Below are positions 26,801 to 39,904 of a DNA stretch of 64,000 nt, piece by piece. The stretch's first letter is position 1. Each line of letters starts with the position of its first letter. The stretch is taken from contig OZ024744.1 in the NCBI GenBank assembly GCA_964016885.1, forward strand, positions 27,900,001-27,964,000. The letters run 5' to 3'. A program made the position numbers and the translations under genes. This stretch comes from Eledone cirrhosa. Lineage: Eukaryota. A model generated the notes under the pieces. That model was not told where the DNA came from, did not search any database, and was given only the letters and a program-made list of their open reading frames with translations.

Positions 26801-29378
26801 TGTCATTGTTGTTGTTATTGTCGCTGTTATCACTGTTATTGTCACTGTTTTTGTTGTTGTCGCTATTATCACTGTTATTTTCATTGTTTTTGTTGTTGTT
26901 GTTCTCGCTGTTATCACTGTTGTTGTTGTTCTCGCTGTTATCACTGTTATTGTCATTGTTGTTGTTCTTCTCGCTGTTATAACTGTTATTGTCATTGTTG
27001 TTGTTGTTGTTGTCGCTGTTATCACTGTTATTGTCACTGTTGTTGTTGTCGCTGGTATAACTGTTATTGTCACGGTTGTTTTTGTTGTTGTCGCTGTTAT
27101 CACTGTTATTGTCACTGTTGTTCTCGCTGTTATAACTGTTATTCTCACTGTTGTTTTTCTGGCTGTTATCACTGGTATTGACACTGTTGTTGTTTTTATT
27201 GTCGCTGTTAGAACTGTTATTGTCACTGTTGTTATTGTTGTTGTCGCTGTTATAACTGTTATTGTCACTGTTGTTGTTGTTCTCGCTGTTATCACTGTTA
27301 TTGTCATTGTTGTTGTTGTCGCTGTTATCACTGTTATTGTCATTGTTGTTGTTGTCGCTGTTATCACTGTTATTGTCACTGTTGTTGTTGTTCTCGCTGT
27401 TATCACTGTTATTGTCACTGTTGTTCTTCTCGCTGTTATCACTGTTATTGTCATTGTTGTTGCTGTTGTGTTCGCTGTTATCACTGTTATTGTCATTGTT
27501 GTTGTTGTTGTTATTGTCGCTGTTATCACTGTTATTGTCACTGTTGTTGTTGTCGCTGGTATAACTGTTATTGTCACTGTTGTTTATGTTGTTGTCGCTG
27601 TTATCACTGTTATTGTCACTGTTGTTGTTGTCGCTGTTATAACTGTTATTGTCACTGTTGCTGTTGTTGTCGCTGTTATCTCTGTTATTGTCATTGTTGT
27701 TGTTGTTGTTGTTGCTGTTATAACTGTTACTGTCACTGTTGTTGTTGTTGTCGCTGTTATCACTGTTATTTTCATTGTTGTTGTCGCTGTTATCACTGTT
27801 ATTGTCACTGTTGTTGTTGTTGTTGTCGCTGTTATCACTGTTATTGTTGTTGTCACTGTTATAAATGTTATTGTCACTGTTGTCGGTGTTGTCGCTGTTA
27901 TCACTGTTATTGTCACTGTTGTTGTTGTTGTCGCTGTCATAACTGTTCTTTTCACTGTTGTTGTTGTTGTTGTTCTCGCTGTTATCACTGTTATTGTCAC
28001 TGTTGTTGTCGCTGTTATCACTGTTATTGTCACTGTTGTTATTGTTGTTGTTGCTGTTATCACTGTTATTGTCACTGTTGTAGTTGTTGTCGCTGTTATA
28101 ACTGTTATTATCACTGTTGTTGTTGTTGTTCTCTCTGTTATCACTCTTATTGTCACTGTTATTTTCACTGTTGTTGTTGTTCTCGCTGTTATAACTGTTA
28201 TTGTGACTGTTGTTGTTGTCTCTGTTATAACTGATATTGTCATTGTTGTTGTTGTTGTCGCTGTTATCACTGTTATTAACACTGTTGTTGTTGTTGTTCT
28301 CGCTGTTATCACTGTTATTGTCACTGTTGTTGTTGTCGCTGTTATAACTGTTATTGTCACTGTTGTTGTTGCTGTTGTCGCTGTCATAACTCTTATTGTC
28401 ACTGTTGTTGTTGTTGTCGTTGTTATCACTGTTATTGTCATTATTGTTGTTCTCGCTGTTATCACTGGTATTGACACTGTTGTTGTTGTTGTCGCTGTTA
28501 TAACTTATTGTCTCTGTTGATGTTGTTGTTGTCGCTGTTATAACTGTTATTGTCACTGTTGTTGTTGTCGCTGTTATAACACTTATTGTCACTGTTGTTG
28601 TTGTTGTCGTCGTTGTTATCACTGTTATTGTCATTATTGTTGTTGTCGCTGTTATCAATGTTATTGTCATTGTTGTTGTTGTTGTCGCTGTTATCACTGT
28701 TATTGTCCCTGTTGTTGTTGTCGCTGTTATAACTGTTATTGTCACTATTGCTTTTGTTGTTGTCGCTCTTATCACTCTTATTGTCATTGTTGTTGTTGTT
28801 CTCGCTGCTATCCCTGTTATTGTCATTGTTGTTGTTGTACTCGCTGTTATCACTGTTATTGTCATTGTTGTTGTTGTCGCTGTTATCACTGTTATTGTCA
28901 CTGTTTTTGTTGTTGTCGCTATTATCACTGTTATTGTCACTGTTGTTTTTGTTGTTGTCGCTGTTATCACTGTTATTTTCATTGTTTTTGTTGTTGTTCT
29001 CGCATTTATCACTGTTATTGTCAGTGTTGTTGTTCTTGTTCTCGCTGTTATCACTGTCGTCGTCACTGTTGTTGTTGTTGTCGCTGTTATAACTGTTATT
29101 GTGACTGTTGTTGTTGTTGTTGTCGCTGTTATAACTTTTATTGTCATTGTTGTTGTTGTCGCTGTTATCACTGTTATTGACACTGTTGTTGCTGTTGTTC
29201 TCGCTGTTATCACTGTTATTGTCACTGTTGTTGTTGTTCTCGCTGTTACCACTGTTATTGTCTATGTTGTTGTTGTTGTCGCTGTTATAACTGTTATTGT
29301 CACTGTTGTTGTTGTTGTTGTCGTTGTTATCACTGTTATTGTCATTATTGTTATTGTCGCTGTTATCACTGTTATTGT

Positions 29379-29382
<4 letters not shown>

Positions 29383-29409
<27 letters not shown>
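29383..29409 (+). repeat. (GTT)9, the longest pure microsatellite run seen; same length at 39014-39040 and 49711-49737
   Basis: Counted directly; each run is followed by the rare GTC-GCG variant. Confidence 0.85.
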
Positions 29410-29411
<2 letters not shown>

Positions 29412-31899
29412 CGCGGTTATCACTGTTATTGTCACTGTTGTTGTTGTCGCTTCTATAACTGTTATTGTCACTATTGCTGTTGTTGTCGCTGTTATCACTC
29501 TTATTGTCATTGTTGTTGTTGTCGCTGTTATCACTGTTATTGTCACTGTTGTTGTTCTCGCTGTTATAACTGTTATTCTCACTGTTGTTGTTCTCGCTGT
29601 TATCAATGGTATTGACATTGTTGTTGTTTTTATTGTCGCTGTTATAACTGTTATTGTCACTGTTGTTGTTGTTGTTCTCGCTCTTATCACTGTTATTGTC
29701 ATTGTTGTTGTTGTCGCTGTTATCACTGTTATTGTCATTGTTGTTGTCGCTGTTATCACTGTTATTGTCACTGTTGTTGTTGTTCTCGCTGTTATCACTG
29801 TTATTGTCACTGTTGTTGTTCTTCTCGCTGTTATCACTGTTATTGTCATTGTTGTTGTTGTTGTGTTCGCTGTTATAACTGTTATTGTCATTGTTGTTGT
29901 TGTTGTTGTCGCTGTTATCACTGTTATTGTCACTGTTGTTGTTGTCGCTGGTATAACTGTTATTGTCACTGTTGTTTTTGTTGTTGTCGCTCTTATCACT
30001 GTTATTGTCACTGTTGTTGTTGTCGCTGTTATAACTGTTATTGTCACTGTTGTTGTTGTCACTGTTATCACTCTTATTGTCATTGTTGTTGTTGTTGTTC
30101 TCGCTGTTATCACTGTTATTGTCACTGTTGCTGTTGTTGTCGCTGTTATCTCTGTTATTGTCATTGTTGTTGTCGTTGTTATAACTGTTATTGTCATTGT
30201 TGTTGTTGTTGTTGCTGTTATAACTGTTACTGTCATTGTTGTTGTTGTCGCTGTTATCACTGTTATTTTCATTGTTGTTGTTGTCGCTGTTATCACTGTT
30301 ATTGTCACTGTTGTTGTTGTTGTTGTCGCTGTTATCACTGTTATTGTCACTGTTGCTGTTGTTGTCGCTGTTATCACTGCTATTGTCATTGTTGTTGTTG
30401 TTGTCGCTGTTATCACTGTGATTGTCATTGTTGTTGTTGTTGTTGTTCTCGCTGTTATCACCGTTATTGTCACTGTTGTTGTCGCTGTTATCACTGTTAT
30501 TGTCACTGTTGTTATTGTTGTTGTTGCTGTTATCACTGTTATTGTCACTGTTGTAGTTGTTGTCGCTGTTATAACTGTTATTGTCACTGTTGTTGTTGTT
30601 GCTGTCGCTGTTATCACTGTTATTGTCATTGTTGCTGTTGTACTCGCTGTTATCACTGTTATTGTTGTTGTTGTAGTGGCTGTTATCACTGTTATTGTCA
30701 CTGTTGTTGTCGCTGTTATCACTGTTATTTTCATTGTTATTGTCACTGATGTTGTTGTTCTCGCTGTTATAACTGTTATTGTGACTGTTGTTGTTGTCTC
30801 TGTTATAACTGTTATTGTCATTGTTGTTGTTGTTGTCGCTGTTATCACTGTTATTAACACTGTTGTTGTTGTTGTTCTCGCTGTTATCACTGTTATTGTC
30901 ACTGTTGTTGTTGTCGCTGTTATAACTGTTATTGTCACTGTTGTTGTTGCTGTTGTCGCTGTCATAACTCTTATTGTCACTGTTGTTGTTGTTGTCGTTG
31001 TTATCACTGTTATTGTCATTATTGTTGTTCTCGCTGTTATCACTGGTATTGACACTGTTGTTGTTGTTGTTCTCGCTGTTATAACTGTTATTGTCACTGT
31101 TGTTGTTGTTGTCGCTGTTATAACTCTTATTGTCACTGTTGTTGTTGTTGTCGTCGTTGTTATCACTGTTATTGTCATTATTGTTGTTGTCGCTGTTATC
31201 ACTGTTATTGTCATTGTTGTTGTTGTCGCTGTTATCACTGTTATTGTCCCTGTTGTTGTTGTCGCTGTTATAACTGTTATTGTCACTGTTGTTTTTGTTG
31301 TTGTCGCTGTTATCACTGTTATTTTCATTGTTTTTGTTGTTGTTCTCGCATTTATCACTGTTATTGTCAGTGTTGTTGTTCTTGTTCTAGCTGTTATCAC
31401 TGTTGTTGTTGTGGTCGCTGTTATAACTGTTATTGTGACTGTTGTTGTTGTTGTCGTCGCTGTTATAACTGTTATTGTCATTGTTGTTGTTGTCGATGTT
31501 ATCACTGTTATTGACACTGTTGTTGCTGTTGTTCTCGCTGTTATCACTGTTACTGTCACTGTTGTTGTTGTTCTCGCTGTTACCACTGTTATTGTCAATG
31601 TTGTTGTTGTTGTCGCGTTATAACTGTTATTGTCACTGTTGTTGTTGTCGCTGTTATAACTCTTATTGTCACTGTTGTTGTTGTTGTCGTTTTTTTCACT
31701 GTTATTGTCATTATTGTCATTGTCGCTGTTATCACTGTTATTGTCATTGTTGTTGTTGTTGTTGTTGTCGCTGTTATCACTGTTATTGTCACTGTTGTTG
31801 TTGTTGTCGCTTCTATAACTGTTATTGTCACTATTGCTGTTGTTGTCGCTGTTATCACTCTTATTGTCATTGTTGTTGTTGTTGTTCTCGCTGTTATCA

Positions 31900-34800
31900 C
31901 TGTTATTGTCATTGTTGTTGTTGTCGCTGTTATCACTGTTATTGTCATTGTTGTTGTTGTCGCTGTTATCACTGTTATTGTCACTGTTGTTGTTGTTCTC
32001 GCTGTTATCACTGTTGTTGTCACTGTTGTTGTTCTTCTCGCTGTTATTACTGTTATTGTCATTGTTGTTGTTGTTGTGTTCGCTGTTATAACTGTTATTG
32101 TCATTGTTGTTGTTGTTGTTGTCGCTGTTATCACTGTTATTGTCACTGTTGTTGTTGTCGCTGGTATAACTGTTATTGTCACTGTTGTTTTTGTTGTTGT
32201 TGCTGTTATCACTGTTATTGTCACTGTTGTTGTTGTCGCTGTTATAACTGCTATTGTCACTGTTGTTGTTGTCACTGTTATCACTCTTACTGTCACTGTT
32301 GTTTTTGTTCTCGCTGTTATCACTGTTATTGTCATTGTTGTTGTTGTCGCTGTTATCACTGTTATTGTCACTGTTGCTGTTGTTGTCGCTGTTATCTCTG
32401 TTATTGTCATTGTTGTTGTCGCTGTTATAACTGTTATTGTCATTGTTTTTGTTGTTGTTGTTGTTATAACTGTTACTGTCATTGTTGTTGTTGTCGCTGT
32501 TATCACTGTTATTTTCATTGTTGTTGTTGTCGCTGTTATCACTGTTATTGTCACTGTTGTTGTTGTTGTCGCTGTTATCACTGTTATTGTCACTGTTGTT
32601 GTTGTTGTCACTGTTATAAATGTTATTGTCACTGTTGTCGTTGTTGTCGCTGTTATCACTGTTATTGTCACTGTTGTTGTCGCTGTTATCACTGTTATTG
32701 TCACTGTTGTTATTGTTGTTGTTGCTGTTATCACTGTTATTGTCACTGTTGTAGTTGTTGTCGCTGTTATAACTGTTATTGTCACTGTTGTTGTTGTTGC
32801 TGTCGCTGTTATTACTGTTATTGTCATTGTTGTTGTTGTTGTGGCTGTTATCACTGTTATTGTCACTGTTGTTGTCGCTGTTATCACTGTTATTTTCATT
32901 GTTGTTGTTCTCTCTGTTATCACTGTTATTGTCACTGTAGTTGTTGTTCTCGCTGTTATAACTGTTATTGTCTCTGTTGTTGTTGTCGCTGTTATAACTG
33001 TTATTGTCATTGTTGTTGTTGTTGTCGCTGTTATCACTGTTATTAACATTGTTGTTGTTGTTCCCGCTGCTATCCCTGTTATTGTCATTGTTGTTGTTGT
33101 TGTACTCGCTGTTATCACTGTTATTGTCATTGTTGTTGTTGTTGTCGCTGTTATCACTATTATTGTCACTGTTTTTGTTGTTGTCACTATTATCACAGTT
33201 ATTGTCACTGTTGTTTTTGTTGTTGTCGCTGTTATCACTGTTATTGTGACTGTTGTTGTTGTTGTTGTCGCTGTTATCACTGTTATTGACACTGTTGTTG
33301 CTGTTGTTCTCGCTGTTATCACTGTTATTGTCACTGTTGTTGTTGTTCTCGCTGTTACCACTGTTATTGTCAATGTTGTTGTTGTTGTCGCTGTTATAAC
33401 TGTTATTGTCACTGTTGTTGTTGTTGTCGATGTTATAACTCTTATTGTCACTGTTGTTGTTGTTGTTGTCGTTGTTATCACTGTTATTGTCATTGTTGTT
33501 ATTGTCGCTGTTATCACTGTTATTGACATTGTTGTTGTTGTTGTTGTTGTCGCTGTTATCACTGTTATTGTCACTGTTGTTGTTGTTGTTGTCGCTTCTA
33601 TAACTGTTATTGTCACTATTGCTGTTGTTGTTGTCGCTGTTATCACTCTTATTGTCATTGTTGTTGTTGTCGCTGTTATCACTGTTATTGTCACTGTTGT
33701 TGTTCTCGCTGTTATAACTGTTATTCTCACTGTTGTTGTTCTCGCTGTTATCAATGGTAATGACACTGTTGTTGTTTTTATTGTCGCTGTTAGAACTGTT
33801 ATTGTCACTGTTGTTATTGTTGTTGTCGCTGTTATAACTGTTATTGTCACTGTTGTTGTTGTTGTTCTCGCTGTTATCACTGTTATTGTCATTGTTGTTG
33901 TTGTCGCTGTTATCACTGTTATTGTCATTGTTGTTGTTGTCGCTTTTATCACTGTTATTGTCACTGTTGTTGTTGTTCTCGCTGTTATCACTGTTATTGT
34001 CACTGTTGTTGTTCTTCTCGCTGTTATCACTGTTATTGTCATTGTTGTTGTTGTTGTGTTCGCTGTTATAACTGTTATTGTCATTGTTGTTGTAGTTGTT
34101 TTCGCTGTTATCACTGTTATTGTCACTGTTGTTGTTGTCGCTGGTATAACTGTTATTGTCACTGTTGTTTTTGTTGTTGTCGCTGTTATCACTGTTATTG
34201 TCACTGTTGTTGTTGTCGCTGTTATAACTGTTATTGTCACTGTTGTTGTTGTTGTTGTCACTGTTATCACTGTTATTGTCACTGTTGTTGTTGTTCTCGC
34301 TGTTATCACTGTTATTGTCATTGTTGTTGTTGTCGCTGTTATCACTGTTATTGTCACTGTTGTTGTTGTTGTCGCTGTTATCTCTGTTATTGTCATTGTT
34401 GTTGTCGCTGTTATAACTGTTATTGTCATTGTTGTTGTTGTTGTTGTTGCTGTTATAACTGTTACTGTCATTGTTGTTGTTGTTGTCGCTGTTATCACTG
34501 TTATTTTCATTGTTGTTGTTGTCGCTGTTATCACTGTTATTGTCACTTTTGTTGTTGTTGTTGTTGTCGCTGTTATCACTGTTATTGTCACTGTTGTTGT
34601 TGTTGTCACTGTTATAAATGTTATTGTCACTGTTGTCATTGTTGTCGCTGTTATCACTGTTATTGTCACTGTTGTTGTTGTTGTCGCTGTCATAACTGTT
34701 CTTTTCACTGTTGTTGTTGTTGTTCTCTCTGTTATCACTGTTATTGTCACTGTTGTAGTTGTTGTCGCTGTTATAACTGTTATTGTCACTGTTGTTGTTG

Positions 34801-37800
34801 TTGCTGTCGCTGTTATCACTGTTATTGTCATTGTTGTTGTTGTTGTGGCTGTTATCACTGTTATTGTCACTGTTGTTGTCGCTGTTATCACTGTTATTTT
34901 CATTGTTGTTGTTGTTGTTTTCTCTGTTATCACTGTTATTGTCACTGTTGTTGTTGTTCTCGCTGTTATAATTGTCATTGTGACTGTTGTTGTTGTCGCT
35001 GTTATAACTGTTATTGTCATTGTTGTTGTTGTCGCTGTTATCACTGTTATTGTCATTGTTGTTGTTGTCGCTGTTATCACTGTTATTGTCACTGTTGTTG
35101 TTGTTCTCGCTGTTATCACTGTTGTTGTCACTGTTGTTGTTCTTCTCGCTGTTATTACTGTTATTGTCATTGTTGTTGTTGTTGTGTTCGCTGTTATAAC
35201 TGTTATTGTCATTGTTGTTGTTGTTGTTGTCGCTGTTATCACTGTTATTGTCACTGTTGTTGTTGTCGCTGGTATAACTGTTATTGTCACTGTTGTTTTT
35301 GTTGTTGTTGCTGTTATCACTGTTATTGTCACTGTTGTTGTTGTCGCTGTTATAACTGCTATTGTCACTGTTGTTGTTGTCACTGTTATCACTCTTACTG
35401 TCACTGTTGTTTTTTTTCTCGCTGTTATCACTGTTATTGTCATTGTTGTTGTTGTCGCTGTTATCACTGTTATTGTCACTGTTGCTGTTGTTGTCGCTGT
35501 TATCTCTGTTATTGTCATTGTTGTTGTCGCTGTTATAACTGTTATTGTCATTGTTTTTGTTGTTGTTGTTGTTATAACTGTTACTGTCATTGTTGTTGTT
35601 GTCGCTGTTATCACTGTTATTTTCATTGTTGTTGTTGTCGCTGTTATCACTGTTATTGTCACTGTTGTTGTTGTTGTCGCTGTTATCACTGTTATTGTCA
35701 CTGTTGTTGTTGTTGTCACTGTTATAAATGTTATTGTCACTGTTGTCGTTGTTGTCGCTGTTATCACTGTTATTGTCACTGTTGTTGTCGCTGTTATCAC
35801 TGTTATTGTCACTGTTGTTATTGTTGTTGTTGCTGTTATCACTGTTATTGTCACTGTTGTAGTTGTTGTCGCTGTTATAACTGTTATTGTCACTGTTGTT
35901 GTTGTTGCTGTCGCTGTTATTACTGTTATTGTCATTGTTGTTGTTGTTGTGGCTGTTATCACTGTTATTGTCACTGTTGTTGTCGCTGTTATCACTGTTA
36001 TTTTCATTGTTGTTGTTCTCTCTGTTATCACTGTTATTGTCACTGTAGTTGTTGTTCTCGCTGTTATAACTGTTATTGTCTCTGTTGTTGTTGTCGCTGT
36101 TATAACTGTTATTGTCATTGTTGTTGTTGTTGTCGCTGTTATCACTGTTATTAACATTGTTGTTGTTGTTCCCGCTGCTATCCCTGTTATTGTCATGTTG
36201 TTGTTGTTGTACTCGCTGTTATCACTGTTATTGTCATTGTTGTTGTTGTTGTCGCTGTTATCACTGTTATTGTCACTGTTTTTGTTGTTGTCACTATTAT
36301 CACTGTTATTGTCACTGTTGTTTTTGTTGTTGTCGCTGTTATCACTGTTATTGTGACTGTTGTTGTTGTTGTTGTCGCTGTTATCACTGTTATTGACACT
36401 GTTGTTGCTGTTGTTCTCGCTGTTATCACTGTTATTGTCACTGTTGTTGTTGTTCTCGCTGTTACCACTGTTATTGTCAATGTTGTTGTTGTTGTCGCTG
36501 TTATAACTGTTATTGTCACTGTTGTTGTTGTTGTCGATGTTATAACTCTTATTGTCACTGTTGTTGTTGTTGTTGTCGTTGTTATCACTGTTATTGTCAT
36601 TGTTGTTATTGTCGCTGTTATCACTGTTATTGACATTGTTGTTGTTGTTGTTGTTGTCGCTGTTATCACTGTTATTGTCACTGTTGTTGTTGTTGTTGTC
36701 GCTTCTATAACTGTTATTGTCACTATTGCTGTTGTTGTTGTCGCTGTTATCACTCTTATTGTCATTGTTGTTGTTGTCGCTGTTATCACTGTTATTGTCA
36801 CTGTTGTTGTTCTCGCTGTTATAACTGTTATTCTCACTGTTGTTGTTCTCGCTGTTATCAATGGTAATGACACTGTTGTTGTTTTTATTGTCGCTGTTAG
36901 AACTGTTATTGTCACTGTTGTTATTGTTGTTGTCGCTGTTATAACTGTTATTGTCACTGTTGTTGTTGTTGTTCTCGCTGTTATCACTGTTATTGTCATT
37001 GTTGTTGTTGTCGCTGTTATCACTGTTATTGTCATTGTTGTTGTTGTCGCTGTTATCACTGTTATTGTCACTGTTGTTGTTGTTCTCGCTGTTATCACTG
37101 TTATTGTCACTGTTGTTGTTCTTCTCGCTGTTATCACTGTTATTGTCATTGTTGTTGTTGTTGTGTTCGCTGTTATAACTGTTATTGTCATTGTTGTTGT
37201 AGTTGTTTTCGCTGTTATCACTGTTATTGTCACTGTTGTTGTTGTCGCTGGTATAACTGTTATTGTCACTGTTGTTTTTGTTGTTGTCGCTGTTATCACT
37301 GTTATTGTCACTGTTGTTGTTGTCGCTGTTATAACTGTTATTGTCACTGTTGTTGTTGTTGTTGTCACTGTTATCACTGTTATTGTCACTGTTGTTGTTG
37401 TTCTCGCTGTTATCACTGTTATTGTCATTGTTGTTGTTGTCGCTGTTATCACTGTTATTGTCACTGTTGTTGTTGTTGTCGCTGTTATCTCTGTTATTGT
37501 CATTGTTGTTGTCGCTGTTATAACTGTTATTGTCATTGTTGTTGTTGTTGTTGTTGCTGTTATAACTGTTACTGTCATTGTTGTTGTTGTTGTCGCTGTT
37601 ATCACTGTTATTTTCATTGTTGTTGTTGTCGCTGTTATCACTGTTATTGTCACTTTTGTTGTTGTTGTTGTTGTCGCTGTTATCACTGTTATTGTCACTG
37701 TTGTTGTTGTTGTCACTGTTATAAATGTTATTGTCACTGTTGTCATTGTTGTCGCTGTTATCACTGTTATTGTCACTGTTGTTGTTGTTGTCGCTGTCAT

Positions 37801-38130
37801 AACTGTTCTTTTCACTGTTGTTGTTGTTGTTCTCTCTGTTATCACTGTTATTGTCACTGTTGTAGTTGTTGTCGCTGTTATAACTGTTATTGTCACTGTT
37901 GTTGTTGCTGTCGCTGTTATCACTGTTATTGTCATTGTTGTTGTTGTTGTGGCTGTTATCACTGTTATTGTCACTGTTGTTGTCGCTGTTATCACTGTTA
38001 TTTTCATTGTTGTTGTTGTTGTTTTCTCTGTTATCACTGTTATTGTCACTGTTGTTGTTGTTCTCGCTGTTATAATTGTCATTGTGACTGTTGTTGTTGT
38101 CGCTGTTATAACTGTTATTGTCATTGTTGT
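31900..38130. repeat. Tandem duplication, period ~3108 bp
   Basis: GTTATTACT 32043/35151. ATCCCT 33072/36180. Track ORFs 33004/36112 (3108), then 33844/36951, 34234/37341 and 34783/37890 (3107, after the 1-nt deletion at ~36196). Confidence 0.92.
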
Positions 38131-39009
38131 TGTTGTCGCTGTTATCACTGTTATTAACACTGTTGTTGTTGTTGTTCTCGCTGTTATCACTGTTATTGTC
38201 ACTGTTGTTGTTGTTGTTGCTGTTATCACTGTTGTCATTGTTGTTGTTGTTGTCGCTGTTATCACTGTTATTGTCCCTGTTGTTGTTGTCGCTGTTATAA
38301 ATGTTATTGTCACTATTGCTTTTGTTGTTGTCGCTCTTATCACTCTTATTGTCATTGCTGTTGTTGTTTTCGCTGCTATCCCTGTTATTGTCATTGTTGT
38401 TGTTGTTGTACTCGCTGTTATCACTGTTATTGTCATTGTTGTTGTTGTTGTCGCTGTTATCACTGTTATTGTCACTGTTGTTTTTGTTGTTGTCGCTGTT
38501 ATCACTGTTATTTTCATTGTTTTTGTTGTTGTTCTCGCATTTATCACTGTTATTGTCAGTGTTGTTGTTGTTGTACTCGCTGTTATCACTGTTGTCGTCA
38601 CTGTTGTTGTTGTTGTCGCTGTTCTAACTGTTATTGTCGCTGTTATAACTGTTATTGTCATTGTTGTTGTTGTCGCTGTTATCACTGTCGTCGTCACTGT
38701 TGTTGTTGTTGTCGCTGTTATAACTGTTATTGTGACTGTTGTTGTTGTTGTTGTCGCTGTTATAACTTTTATTGTCATTGTTGTTGTTGTCGCTGTTATC
38801 ACTGTTATTGACACTGTTGTTGCTGTTGTTCTCGCTGTTATCACTGTTATTGTCACTGTTGTTGTTGTTCTCGCTGTTACCACTGTTATTGTCTATGTTG
38901 TTGTTGTTGTCGCTGTTATAACTGTTATTGTCACTGTTGTTGTTGTTGTTGTCGTTGTTATCACTGTTATTGTCATTATTGTTATTGTCGCTGTTATCAC
39001 TGTTATTGT

Positions 39010-39042
<33 letters not shown>

Positions 39043-39904
39043 CGCGGTTATCACTGTTATTGTCACTGTTGTTGTTGTCGCTTCTATAACTGTTATTGTC
39101 ACTATTGCTGTTGTTGTCGCTGTTATCACTCTTATTGTCATTGTTGTTGTTGTCGCTGTTATCACTGTTATTGTCACTGTTGTTGTTCTCGCTGTTATAA
39201 CTGTTATTCTCACTGTTGTTGTTCTCGCTGTTATCAATGGTATTGACATTGTTGTTGTTTTTATTGTCGCTGTTATAACTGTTATTGTCACTGTTGTTGT
39301 TGTTGTTCTCGCTCTTATCACTGTTATTGTCATTGTTGTTGTTGTCGCTGTTATCACTGTTATTGTCATTGTTGTTGTTGTCGCTGTTATCACTGTTATT
39401 GTCACTGTTGTTGTTGTTCTCGCTGTTATCACTGTTATTGTCACTGTTGTTGTTCTTCTCGCTGTTATCACTGTTATTGTCATTGTTGTTGTTGTTGTGT
39501 TCGCTGTTATAACTGTTATTGTCATTGTTGTTGTTGTTGTTGTCGCTGTTATCACTGTTATTGTCACTGTTGTTGTTGTCGCTGGTATAACTCTTATTGT
39601 CACTGTTGTTTTTGTTGTTGTCGCTCTTATCACTGTTATTGTCACTGTTGTTGTTGTCGCTGTTATAACTGTTATTGTCACTGTTGTTGTTGTCACTGTT
39701 ATCACTCTTATTGTCATTGTTGTTGTTCTCGCTGTTATCACTGTTATTGTCACTGTTGCTGTTGTTGTCGCTGTTATCTCTGTTATTGTCATTGTTGTTG
39801 TCGCTGTTATAACTGTTATTGTCATTGTTGTTGTTGTTGTTGCTGTTATAACTGTTACTGTCATTGTTGTTGTTGTCGCTGTTATCACTGTTATTTTCAT
39901 TGTT

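Larger units (their letters stand above)
5110..31280. repeat. Long-range direct duplication: ~5110-9780 recurs at ~26630-31280 (offset ~21.5 kb)
   Basis: Shared rare markers: GAA-CTC 5254/26778, GTC-GGT 6348/27882, ACA-CTT 7041/28579, GTC-TAT ~7725/~29260. Track ORFs 8734/30236 are offset by 21502. Confidence 0.85.
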